DNA of 64,000 bases, from positions 1-64,000 of the IMG/VR virus record IMGVR_UViG_3300042923_000319. One strand, given 5' to 3'. Every line of letters starts with the position of its first letter. Within the stretch, counting starts at the first letter, position 1. Source of the DNA: a virus. Of the stretch, positions 41,893 through 52,838 are shown piece by piece. A program made the translations under genes and the position numbers. The notes beneath the pieces were generated by a model, which was given only the letters and a program-made list of their open reading frames with translations, was not told the DNA's origin and searched no databases.

Positions 41893-42675
41893 TTATCCAA
41901 ATACTCTACCTATGGCATTCTTTACCTGTTTACCGCTGATATTCAAGTACATCTGCGTACTCGCCATTGATTTATGCCCCATAGCAGCCTGTATGACTGA
42001 TATTGGCACATTATTATCATTCAATGTATTAGCAAAAAGTCTCCTAAAGCTATGCATATGATATTCACCGCATCCACAGTCTCTATAGACTTCCTTGAGT
42101 GTATCTTGGATTTGCTTTATGGATAACCTACCGCGATTCGATGTGAACAATGCGTCACACGTGTTCTGACGAACACTCAGATATTTCTGTAGTGCTTCCT
42201 TGACATTTGTTGTCATTGGCTTTGCTATATCTGTGTGATTCTTTGTATCCCTAACGATAATATCGTCTTGCTTGATATCCTCCAAGTCAATCCCTGTCAT
42301 CTCAGACACACGCAAGCCCATCTCTGATGCCATCAAGAAAGCAAGACGATACTTTGGGTCGCTAACGCTTCCCAATATTTTCTGATATTCTTCCTGAGTA
42401 GGGCAGGGTTGGAGCTTGCGGTTGACCTTGAAATTCTTGATTATGTCCAGGGATTTTGGAGAGTCCTTCCTTGAGTATTTCAAGAATTGACCAAGGATAA
42501 CAAGGCGATTCTTTATAGTTACATCGGATTGACTGCGTTGGCTTTCGATGTAGCGTAGGATATCCTGTGGTTCAAACGTGCGATAGCCAGAGAATGTCTT
42601 GAGTGCTTCCATGTAGGTTTTATAAGTGTTCTCTGTGCGTGTTATGCGGATTTCATTGAGGAATTGTTGGAACAT
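41893..42675 (-). CDS. Second tyrosine recombinase (XerC/D-like)
   Basis: GLRVSE, HSFRR, MGH, TQMY; no arm-binding domain. Confidence 0.9.
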   Translation of the reverse strand: MFQQFLNEIRITRTENTYKTYMEALKTFSGYRTFEPQDILRYIESQRSQSDVTIKNRLVILGQFLKYSRKDSPKSLDIIKNFKVNRKLQPCPTQEEYQKILGSVSDPKYRLAFLMASEMGLRVSEMTGIDLEDIKQDDIIVRDTKNHTDIAKPMTTNVKEALQKYLSVRQNTCDALFTSNRGRLSIKQIQDTLKEVYRDCGCGEYHMHSFRRLFANTLNDNNVPISVIQAAMGHKSMASTQMYLNISGKQVKNAIGRVFG

Positions 42676-42689
42676 TTATTGCCACCACC

Positions 42690-43130
42690 TTAATAGTACA
42701 ATTGTTCTTTCAATGCTTTTACTTCTGCTTCCTTTGTCTTTAATTCATTGAGCTTATCCTCGATTTCACTAGGTATTACATAGATTCTCCTTTGTTCATC
42801 CCATTCAACCTTGATAAGCATAGTGTCACAAAATTGAGAAGCCCTAGGAGTATCAAGATGATACACTAAATGTTCTGAATTATACACCTTGTCTTTTTCG
42901 ATGCTCACAACCCTAAATTGTTTACCGCAATATTCCTCGTCTTTTCTAATAAATAACAGTCCACTTGTCTTTGTGCAGTCTGTGCGTATTCTTTTGTTAT
43001 GCTCATAGTATCCATATTGCTCTACCATTTGATCCCAACCTTTGATTATAACCATGTCGCCAACTTGAGGTAGAGTAGAGGATTTCTCTGGTTTACTATA
43101 GAGCCAATTGTGTATAAATGTAAACATCAT
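42690..43130 (-). CDS. Hypothetical protein
   Basis: GGAGGG RBS; QVGDMVII SH3-like start. Confidence 0.55.
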   Translation of the reverse strand: MMFTFIHNWLYSKPEKSSTLPQVGDMVIIKGWDQMVEQYGYYEHNKRIRTDCTKTSGLLFIRKDEEYCGKQFRVVSIEKDKVYNSEHLVYHLDTPRASQFCDTMLIKVEWDEQRRIYVIPSEIEDKLNELKTKEAEVKALKEQLYY

Positions 43131-43213
43131 TATCCCTCCATTCGCTTTCGCTTATATTTTCGATGGTGCTACACAGAATACCAATAGTATCACGATTGCA
43201 GAGAGTACCATTG

Positions 43214-43849
43214 TTAGTCACCAGCTTTCATATGTTGTTCAAGGAATGGTTTAAAGTATTTTTCTTCAGCTTCCTTACGTGCTTTTATAGCATCGTTTTT
43301 ATTTGTAAAGCTTCCTATCCATATTTTTCTTTTTTGGAATCCAATATAAACACGCCATCTTTCATGTTTGCTATCGTAATAAACACCCCTATGCCCACTT
43401 GTATTATTTCTGGGAATTGTTTCGTTTTGTATTCTGCCCACATTGGTATTATCAACAACATTTATTTTTATTAAATCTGTAATATTGCCTACTCGTATAC
43501 ACCCACATGAATTTATTTTACCTTTCCTCATACAATGTCCATCAATAATTTTCTCAGTACCACAGTCGCATCTACATAGCCATTTTGAGCCATGCTCAGT
43601 TGTCTCAATAAATGATAAAACGGTTAGCTTACCGAATCTATTACCAGTAATATCCTTATACGTTCCTTTTGCGCTCGGTGGGATACGTTTGATCTGTTCT
43701 GGTCTTTTTATATCTTCTTTATTGATAACCCATATCCTTCCTGATTTTACTCCTTTTAATTTCCCATGAATTAACCATTCTCTTACTGTCTCTCTAGTAA
43801 CATTCATCAATACAGCTACTTGCTCTACAGTATATTTCATCATTAACAC
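43214..43849 (-). CDS. HTH_17 + AP2-domain DNA-binding protein (homing endonuclease related)
   Basis: YTVEQVA..VTRETV; DITGNRFGKL, WLCRCDCG, SCGC; NNTSGHRGV...AIKARKEAE. Confidence 0.75.
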   Translation of the reverse strand: MLMMKYTVEQVAVLMNVTRETVREWLIHGKLKGVKSGRIWVINKEDIKRPEQIKRIPPSAKGTYKDITGNRFGKLTVLSFIETTEHGSKWLCRCDCGTEKIIDGHCMRKGKINSCGCIRVGNITDLIKINVVDNTNVGRIQNETIPRNNTSGHRGVYYDSKHERWRVYIGFQKRKIWIGSFTNKNDAIKARKEAEEKYFKPFLEQHMKAGD

Positions 43850-45573
43850 TCCTTAGTTCTTTGAACTGTCATAATTTCTTTTACAGTTAATACCTTCGCC
43901 ATACCCTATGAAACGCTACCGCTGAGCACACCCAAGACTATCATAGGGTATAACCAGGATATCATTATGCGACTCTTTGTAGATTGCTGTGTTTAGTTGT
44001 ACGGTTGTATTCATTGGCTACCTGTGTAAATGCTTGGTTGTACTTATATGTATCCGCTAAGGCTAACGTAGGCAGTGTAGATGCGATGTTTGCCACTGAT
44101 ACACGAAAGAGTTTTTCCTTAAATACCTGTGGATACATTGATGTTAGCTTTAGGAATTCTATAGAGATTTCATTGGTGATATCATCAAGATAGCTACTTG
44201 AAATGTTCGATAGTTTAGCGTTGATGTCCTCCTGTAGGTCTTGTAGCATTTCCTCTAGTAAGTCGATGGTTTTCATAGTCATGATCGTTATTCTCCTTTA
44301 GTTTTATTTTAGATTTAGAATTGGTAATCCAATGAATTCATTAAACATCGTGTGTATCAGTATAGGTTGACCGTTGTATTCCTTTATTTTATCAATAAAC
44401 CATTCTACAGAAATACTGTTATCAACCATTTCCATTATGTTGAAGCATTCTATGGCTATTTCATTTGCTATATCTGAATCATAACCTTTGGCTATAATCA
44501 TTTTGGTAGCTTTACGCATATTATTGTAAGTTCTTATTTTCACCCTAAACACTCCTTTGCAACTTCATAGATTTTATAGACACCACACCAGAATACAATA
44601 GCTATCAATATGCAGGCTATGAGTGCACTAACCTTACGCCAGTCGATGTTGCTCATGGTTTCACCTGTGCTTTCTGCTGTGATACCGCTAACAATAACCG
44701 TTTGAAGTCTTTGTTTTTACCTTTAAATGACATTGATGCACGTTTCATTTCTGTGAGCCTCCTTGAAGTGGTGTTAAATCGTTAGGTTTTACCAAGGTGA
44801 CAAGGACTCTATGCCCTATATTAATTTCTATTTTTGACCACCCAAGTTTCATAAGTTGTTCATAGCCATAAGTCCATGAGTTTGCACTTTCACATTCATA
44901 AAGATATATTGCATTCCGATATTTTTCTAAATTATTTAAAGATAATACATTTTGTTCATCTTCTGTTAATTCATAGCTTTTCATTTATTCGCACCATCCT
45001 TTGATTTATCAATGTAGTTCACCATGAGGATCAATAGTAATTCACGTTTGATTGTGGTTTTCATAACGCTGCGCTTGCCTCCTGTAGTTCTGTTTTGAAG
45101 AAATATAATATTTCATTACCGACTTTATCAAAATAACCTTTGTATGATTTTATATATTCATCATGTTTAACCCCATATCTAAACCATTGGTTACTCTCTG
45201 TGCCATAAGCACCCTCTAAGTCAACTATAGTTCCATTACCATATTTTGTGATTACTCTTTGTCCGACTTTCATCATTAACTCATTCCTTTCAATAAAATG
45301 TATAGTTTCCTTGGTTGACACCACATTCAATAATAGAGTCTAATTCTTCCTCTAGTTCTCTTTGTGTATTGTGCGCTGATACTACAGTATTTGTGTTATC
45401 AAAGCAGATAAACCAGCTTTTACCATAGTATCTATCATCGTAGTTAATAGGATTATCAGTAACATACATTGATTTTAGTTTATTGACTTTCTCTGCAATT
45501 CTTTTAATCATTTGTAATCACTCACTTTCTATGTTATAATTTAGGGAAATATTGATAAGATAGGGGTAGTATT

Positions 45574-45834
45574 ATGGAAATTGATAAAATGAAAAATTTA
45601 GCTATGGCAGTTTGTAATCGCACTATGAGGTTTAGAGATAATCATAGTATCCAGAAGTTTGTCTATGAGCTTACAGAGAATCGAATGAGCAGTGACACCA
45701 TTAACATTAAACTTCTACAGTTGTTTTCTAGTGCTTCTATGCCAGTCCCAATGTTTGACACAGAAGAGGAACTAAGGAAATTTAGGTTGGTTGTTTGTTG
45801 GTGTGCTACACAACATTTTAAGAAGAAAGCTTAG
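45574..45834 (+). CDS. Small protein on the opposite strand with its own promoter
   Basis: TGTTATAAT extended -10 near 45532; AGGGG RBS. Confidence 0.55.
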   Translation: MEIDKMKNLAMAVCNRTMRFRDNHSIQKFVYELTENRMSSDTINIKLLQLFSSASMPVPMFDTEEELRKFRLVVCWCATQHFKKKA

Positions 45835-46534
45835 TTAATTTTAAATATTTATCAAAGATTGTCTTTGGATTTACGTTGTATTCACATTCGCCATACCATA
45901 GAATTCTAAAGGTGTTCGATAGCTCGAATTGTGAGCCGTAGAGTTCTAAGGTGTAGCCGTGGAAGCGGTAGCGTTTCATAGTGGTGCTCTCACTTTCTTG
46001 ATTTTTATCCCAGTTAATCCACTAGCATTTTCACGATAACATTTGAGCTGTGTCTTAGCTTCTTTATATGTTTCTTCCGTGAGTTCAACTTCCCAACCAT
46101 AGCCATAATTAGTGATAAGCTGATATTCGTCTTTGGTTTTGCGTATATACATTTTGTATTCCCTCCGTTTATTTATTAGTTTATCATTGGTATACCGATG
46201 CGTATACGGTGGGTATCGGTTTGTAACGTTGTTACATTTCAACGATTCTTAGTGCTATTTTGTTACCGTCTTGTATTGCTCCGTCCCATACATAAGTATC
46301 ATTAAATAGTGCGTGGTGGATACCATCGATTTTTACATAGCCTGTTCTATGATACCCTACTTGTTCCAAGAATTTAGTCAAGAAGTCGAGTAAGTTGTCT
46401 ATGTTACGATCTACCTGTAGTTCCCAAACTTTAGCTTTTACTGGTCGTCCGTGGTTAACACTAAGGTTGCTTATAAACTCTTCATATGCTGTCATTGTTT
46501 ATCATAGTTTGCCTTTGTTATCTTCTGTATCTCT

Positions 46535-46564
46535 ATTGTATACCAATGTGTATACGTTTGTCAA
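46535..46564 (-). promoter_or_regulatory. Promoter with embedded 18-bp operator
   Basis: Minus strand TTGACA-AAC-GTATACACATTGGTATAC-AAT. Confidence 0.75.
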
Positions 46565-47169
46565 CGTTTTATTTGTGTAATTCTCTGTATTTCTTTCTAC
46601 CAATCTCAGTATAATAAGTGTCTACCTTAATATCTAAATCTTTCATTATCTCATATATAGCGTTTGCTTTATCTGCTAGTTTTTCTATAGTACTTGCTAA
46701 GCTTATTCTATCAGTTTCATTATGCGTATGTTCAAGTTCTTCTAGGTAAAATCCATATGATATAATATATTCTGCATAATGCTCAATAATTATTTGACGT
46801 TCATTTTTAGTCATTTCAATGATTCTCCTTTATCTTAATTTGTGATGGTTCGATATCATAACCGATGCAGTAATCAAAGGCATCTGAGAAGGTTGGAAAG
46901 GTGTGAGAGAGGACTGTGTAGGTCATAGGTTGTCACTCCTTTGAGAAACAGCAGTTGACTGAAGTGTATGACCACAACAAGGACATTTAAAACTTTTAAC
47001 AATTACTGTCTTGTCATCATTATTAATAAATGATTTTCTTGCAACTCTTAGAAGAGTTATGTTAGTGCCTCTAAGTCTTTTACAGCTAGTACAGTAATTT
47101 TGATTATGTAATTTCATTGTTATTCACTCGCTTTCTTTGTTGTCTTTAGTATCTCTTTTCTATGTCTTT

Positions 47170-47198
47170 ATTATACTATGGTTGAGCATTGTTGTCAA
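47170..47198 (-). promoter_or_regulatory. Consensus sigma-A promoter
   Basis: Minus strand TTGACA-17-TATAAT. Confidence 0.8.
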
Positions 47199-47297
47199 TA
47201 GTTTTTCTTACAAATCAATAAAATATTATTACGAATTATACATTTGCATTACTCATATGATATAATGATTAATCAATAGATAAGTGGAGGAGATAGC

Positions 47298-47489
47298 ATG
47301 AGCATATCAAATGAGATAAAAGGCTACATCATCACAGCAGGGCAGAGTATACAAGGCGTGGCGGGGCTACTGGGCATCACAAGGCAATCATTGTATACTA
47401 AGCTTAACAATGAGTCTATAAGGTATAAGGACGCACAAGAGATTGCTCGTTTGCTTGGCTATGAGATACAATGGGTTAAGCGTGAGTAA
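47298..47489 (+). CDS. Small HTH regulator
   Basis: IQGVAGLLGITRQSLYTKL; divergent from the early cluster. Confidence 0.75.
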   Translation: MSISNEIKGYIITAGQSIQGVAGLLGITRQSLYTKLNNESIRYKDAQEIARLLGYEIQWVKRE

Positions 47490-49100
47490 GCCTGAATGGC
47501 TCTATGAGCGTTGTTTGTTGGTTGTACTTATGATTGGCTATGTATGAGCGCTAAGTATGCGTAGAGGTAGCGTGAGAGTATATTGTCTAAATAGTAGTAT
47601 TCTTATTTAGGTCATAGTAAGCATAGCGATGTACTATGTATTACATTGATTATCATTGGTGTAGTATTGATAAAGCATAGTATGACAGTATGTGTTATAC
47701 GAGATAGCGTTAGTGCGACAAGGTGTAGTACTTGACAGGTGCATTGGATAGCATTGGTAGTTCATTGCTTTACTGTGGTAAAACATAGTAGTCATATATG
47801 ACATCATTGGTAAACTGTGGATAGGCATTAGTGTATCATTGTTGCGCTAGTGTATTAAATAGTAATATTCTTATGTAGTAACATTAGTAATACGACAAAG
47901 CGCAATTCATACCTTGATTTTAGTTAGATGTCTAACTATTATTATGTTAAAACTTGGTAAAACTGCTGTATACTGCACTACTATGCACCATAGTTATACA
48001 TTGGACTACATTGTATGCACATTGGCTATCATCATTCGCTCTATCAGTACTTAACCGCGTATAATTATAGTTATGCGAGGTAACAAACGTTGAAGTACCG
48101 CCATTGCTGCATTTGTGAGTGTTCAATGTATGTCTATGGAGGACACTTTGATAGGCGGTGGGGTGACTTTTGTGATTCCAAAGAGGGTACTTTGTTGTGC
48201 TGAGGGTACGGTATTACCCTACGCTACTCCACAGCTATATTCACTAAAATTTACCATGGAGTACCATCGAACTACATCGAATTTACCACAGATATACATG
48301 TGTTACCTATGGTATACCTATGTATGCATAGAAGGTACACTGGAGCCTTATTGTATCTACATTGGTAAGTCATTGAACTTCATTGGTATACATTGGGTGA
48401 TATTGGAGTATTGTAAACTATCACTGGGTTTACCATAAAACACTTACATAAGTGTATCATCAGAAAAACAAATGACAAAACACTGATATCAATCAGAAAA
48501 ACAAATAGCAAGTATATGGTAAATTACATAGCTCTACACCATTGATTTCATTGGGTTCATAGGTATCATAAGTTTTAACTATGGCTATCATAAAAATTTA
48601 GTATGGTAAAAACATCAAAAATAGGGTGCAAAGGTTCCTAAATCTGACCATTACTATGTAGGGGTTAAACAAGTGGTACTAGGGTATATCAATGAAGAGC
48701 TTAAGGGATACTTAGGATAACCTAAAATATAATCATAATAAATCGTAACGAGTGAAACGAGGTTACGGAGATATACGTAAACGTATATCTCAACTCATCG
48801 CTTACGCTTGAGTTATTCTTAATCAAATAAATATTGACCAGACTTAGAACAGAGCCTAAGATATACTTTGGTAAGCTTTAGTCCAATATAGTTATTCTTA
48901 TGAAATCCGCTTCGCAGTGAACATAAGTTAATCTATAGTATATTAAAGTGATTCAAAGTAACTACTTAGGTATATAACCACATCAGCTTATATTTATTGA
49001 TAATGCGTTCTAGACGAAGCGTAGCGAAGTGATTGTCATCAGACAATCTAACCCACTTTAGCTATATATTGAATACAACCAAATAAACATTTTTTAAATA
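47490..49100. other. Long non-coding region (candidate pac/terminus and origin)
   Basis: No credible ORFs; phased CATTG repeats and hairpins; upstream of the packaging genes. Confidence 0.5.
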
Positions 49101-49156
49101 CACCTTTGATAATTCATTGGTGTATTTTTTATGTTCAAAAACAGGAGGTTATAACA

Positions 49157-50020
49157 ATAATAGATTTAGAACAGCTTGTTCAAACAACATGGTGCTCTGC
49201 AAATAAAGATTTGTATGTGAGCAAAGGATATGTTTACACAAAGATGTTTGATAAATTTTATGTCCATGCTAAAGACTTACCATTAAAATATGCTGTCAAA
49301 GTAAAATATACTTGCAATGCTTGTAGAGAAGAATTTGAAATTAATTACTATAGTTTTAATATTAGTAATAGTTGTTTATGTAACCATTGTGCCACTAAAA
49401 CTATCGTAGCGCAAAAGCTAAAAAAGCCATTTAGTGATGTCAGAGCAGCGTTTTTAGCTCGTGGGTATATATTAATATCACCTAAAGGCGATTACAGGAA
49501 TAGCACAAGTAAATTAGTATGCACATGTAAAGTACATGGGGAATTCACCACAACGTATCAATCTATTTCTATGGGTCAAGGTTGTCCGCAATGCGCCATA
49601 GATAACCATAAAGGCTTAGGCAATCCAAACTACAAAGGTGGCATTACCGAAATCGCAAAATATCTCCGCAACCAATTATCGCCTTGGATTCAACAGCAGT
49701 TACAACGAGCTGGTTGCAAATGCGAAATAACTGGAAAAACAGGAATTTTAAATGTGCATCATATGTATTCTTTTAAAAACATTCTCGATAAAACTATGGA
49801 AGAACTTAATATTGATATTCGTCCAAACATAGGAAACTATAGCGGAGATGAACTTCAACTAATTACAGTAAATTTCCTCAAGAACAACATTCTTCTAGCC
49901 AAACCCATAGTAATGCTAGAATCAATTCATAGAGATTTCCACAAGTTTTGCGGAGGAACAGCTAAAGAAACCACCTATGCACAACTAAGAGAATTCAAGA
50001 AACAACTCTTATCAGCATAA
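49157..50020 (+). CDS. Zn-finger/HNH-like putative homing endonuclease; probable ATA start
   Basis: Multiple CxxC, CEITG...VHHMYSF...HRDFHKFCG; paralog of 62003..62869. Confidence 0.7.
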   Translation: MIDLEQLVQTTWCSANKDLYVSKGYVYTKMFDKFYVHAKDLPLKYAVKVKYTCNACREEFEINYYSFNISNSCLCNHCATKTIVAQKLKKPFSDVRAAFLARGYILISPKGDYRNSTSKLVCTCKVHGEFTTTYQSISMGQGCPQCAIDNHKGLGNPNYKGGITEIAKYLRNQLSPWIQQQLQRAGCKCEITGKTGILNVHHMYSFKNILDKTMEELNIDIRPNIGNYSGDELQLITVNFLKNNILLAKPIVMLESIHRDFHKFCGGTAKETTYAQLREFKKQLLSA

Positions 50021-50056
50021 TGTCTACACATCAGTATACAATGAAAGGAGATACCA

Positions 50057-50695
50057 ATGTCAGAACCAAAGAAAAGACCAGGTAGTAAAGCCAGACCTCC
50101 ATTGAATACATCAGCGAAATCACCATTAGCTGGACTCGCAGTTAACCGTGTTGACCTATATGGGCTACAAGAGGTTGTCCGAAGATGTAGAGAAGAATAT
50201 CATTGGGGTTCGATGAAGATCAAAAAATACATCGAAGATAACAACTTGCTTCCAGAAGGCAAAGATATAGCGAATATGAGTATCTATCGTTGGTACAAAA
50301 AGAACGTTGACCAACAAGAGGATGACACTACTACAGATTTTGCTGTTGACACTGCTGCTCAAGAGAGGTCAATGCTCAGGGCAATTAACGACAGTATTGA
50401 TACGATAACTGAATGCCTTGATAACATTAGTGATACAAACAATGTAAAGGACATTAAAGACTTGGTGCTTGCTCAAGAAAAGTTAATAGCTCGTAAGCAA
50501 TGTCTCAATGCCACTATAGGCACAACACAAGAAAAAATATACACATACGATAGATTTGCTGAGATCGTCAACACAATGCTTGACGTATCGAAATCATTCG
50601 GAATTGATTTATATGCAGCTATCAAAGCTAGAATCGAAGCTGACCCAATGTTAGCTGAGGGGTTCCGTAGAATTGAGTCCAGTAAGCAAAAATAG
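50057..50695 (+). CDS. Putative terminase small subunit
   Basis: N-terminal HTH-like part plus helical oligomerisation region; first gene of the packaging region. Confidence 0.55.
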   Translation: MSEPKKRPGSKARPPLNTSAKSPLAGLAVNRVDLYGLQEVVRRCREEYHWGSMKIKKYIEDNNLLPEGKDIANMSIYRWYKKNVDQQEDDTTTDFAVDTAAQERSMLRAINDSIDTITECLDNISDTNNVKDIKDLVLAQEKLIARKQCLNATIGTTQEKIYTYDRFAEIVNTMLDVSKSFGIDLYAAIKARIEADPMLAEGFRRIESSKQK

Positions 50696-50767
50696 CCAAC
50701 CCATACAACTACATTGGAAAACTACAAAACACGCTCAAAAGGTCACACAGAGAGCACAGGAGGAATA

Positions 50768-51142
50768 ATGGAACACATTGAGAATGTTATAGCGTTCATG
50801 GATACACCTTATGATTTGCGTGACGAACAAATAAAGGATCGATGTATTGTCTATAGAGCTGACATGGTGCGTAGCGACACAATATCGATGAGAGTCATGG
50901 GTATTGGCAGTAAAATCTGTGGTATCTCATTTAAAGGGCAAAGACCAAGCAGAGTATTAATCAAGGAACCAACTATAAACACTCAGACAGAACTCAAGCA
51001 GTACATTAATTGGCTATCAAAAGAAGTATTGACATGCGCTAGTAATGACTGTGAATTCACCTATGGAACCAACTATACATCAACGAAATTCACCGGGCGT
51101 AAAGAGTTCAGTGAATGGCTATCTAGGGTGCGCCAATGCTAG
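50768..51142 (+). CDS. Degenerate terminase-ATPase fragment paralog
   Basis: GIGSKICG...GQRP...WLSKEV...FTYGT aligns with TerL GTGSKIRG...GRRP...WLTKAV...FIIGT. Confidence 0.65.
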   Translation: MEHIENVIAFMDTPYDLRDEQIKDRCIVYRADMVRSDTISMRVMGIGSKICGISFKGQRPSRVLIKEPTINTQTELKQYINWLSKEVLTCASNDCEFTYGTNYTSTKFTGRKEFSEWLSRVRQC

Positions 51143-51447
51143 TCTTATTAATCACCGACTCAAACTCTCATTTCTTCGACGATGCCAACGTTATACCAAC
51201 AGATATTTTAATGCTTCGACGCTCTACCGATGACCTATCCAATGTATCCGACACTGACGGCAATGTTCCAGACAAAGTTATTATTGATGCTGAAGCAAAT
51301 GTTGATTTCCAAAGATACGTTGATTTAGCAAAGACACTCAAAGATGACGCAGAAATAATCTATAGAATTTCTGGTGTAAATCGAATAGCAACAAGGAATT
51401 TGTTCATAGAAATGTTAGAAATAATTTTAGGGAAAAGAGGAATGTAA
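51136..51447 (+). CDS. Hypothetical protein, possible P-loop fragment
   Basis: DGNVPDKVIID resembles the RGxRPxxxxxD Walker B approach. Confidence 0.5.
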   Translation: MLVLLITDSNSHFFDDANVIPTDILMLRRSTDDLSNVSDTDGNVPDKVIIDAEANVDFQRYVDLAKTLKDDAEIIYRISGVNRIATRNLFIEMLEIILGKRGM

Positions 51448-51450
51448 ATA

Positions 51451-51738
51451 ATGGCAGCGATATCAACAGCAACACCAATACAGATTAACGGGAGCATTAC
51501 GGCTTCAACTGACACAGAAGCAACGATAACAGCAACAGAAATGCTCGTGGGTAGTGTTTACTATACATTCGTTATACCAAAGACATTCACAGTAGCAACC
51601 ACAGACTACTCAACGACAGCACTAAGTCCATCCGAAGAAGCAGTCGCAGTAAAGCTAGCAACTGGCACAACGCTACAATCGAATTTAACACAGATTGAAA
51701 AATTGGCATCAACGAGTTTAGCACAGAAATTAGCATGA
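51451..51738 (+). CDS. Thr/Ala-rich hypothetical protein
   Basis: ORF with GAGG RBS. Confidence 0.5.
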   Translation: MAAISTATPIQINGSITASTDTEATITATEMLVGSVYYTFVIPKTFTVATTDYSTTALSPSEEAVAVKLATGTTLQSNLTQIEKLASTSLAQKLA

Positions 51739-52838
51739 TGGAAGACCAATACAGACCACCGAATGTAACGTTAGAATCTTATGATTGCGGTAGATTCAAG
51801 GTATTTATCGATGGTAAACATATGGAAACTGTACAGAAATTCAACATATCTGGTGGTATTGGTGAATGTTCATTAGTTAAACTTGAGTTTCTAGCGGATG
51901 TAAATATTAAATAAATCGTTGGAGGTACAATGATACCAAAAGGTACAATCATAAAATGTCCAGAGTGTGGCACTAAACTTTATAAGTACACCGCAGATAT
52001 AACTGGTGATATGAATATGGTTATTGTACACATGCAATCAATGTTTTATTATGGTAAACAACCAAAGTTAGACATGAGTAGTTTAACAAGACAACATTGT
52101 TATAAGTGTGGTCATTCATTTGATATGCGTGATTTAGAAAGAGATGTTTACATGAAATTCAAGTACAACACGGAGGTACAATGAATAATCCAATTACAAA
52201 CCTAAGACTAGCTGCTGAAAAGTTCAAATTGGACTATGATAAACAATCATTTTGCGAAGTCGAGCTTGAATGTTACAAAAAGGGCATCGAAATAGAAGAT
52301 GACATAATCCCTACTATCGATTATATAAAAGAAATATGTAAGAAAACTGGGTATGAGCTATGGATTAAAAAGGGTGGACTTAAATTCTACAAAGCTATAT
52401 CGAGACAGACCTTTGATTTACCATTTATGTTACTCGAAGAAGGCGATATTATAACCTTTGGTACTAGTACTGGTATTTCCTATAAGTATACTGTGTTTGC
52501 TACTAATTATGTTGATGGCAGACTTAAGGTGACTGTTGAATGAGCAAGGAAGAACAAGATCGTCACAAGCGGAAAACCATAAAGAAACCACGGAATATCA
52601 AGAAATACATCAAAGAAAAGCTCAATAAACTTGAGTACATGGAGGAAATCTATGGAAAACGATGAATTAATCGAGGTTATCGATGATCTACGTGAAGAAA
52701 ATGAATACTTAAGAGATACATTGATTGTAGCATTGGTTAAACTGTCGAAATATCAGCAGGAAGAGATCGATGGCTATGATAAATACTTCGCTGGATTCGG
52801 CAATAGGTCTAACTAAGGTGTCTACTGATGTGTAGACA

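Larger units (their letters stand above)
43965..47117 (-). other. Cluster of small early hypothetical genes (about 10 ORFs of 50-105 aa)
   Basis: Tightly packed minus-strand ORFs with RBSs, downstream of promoters at 47198 and 46564. Confidence 0.6.

Noticed and set aside
47634-48438. ORFs 47634..47828 and 48115..48438
   Set aside because: No RBS and atypical composition derived from the short repeats; probably non-coding
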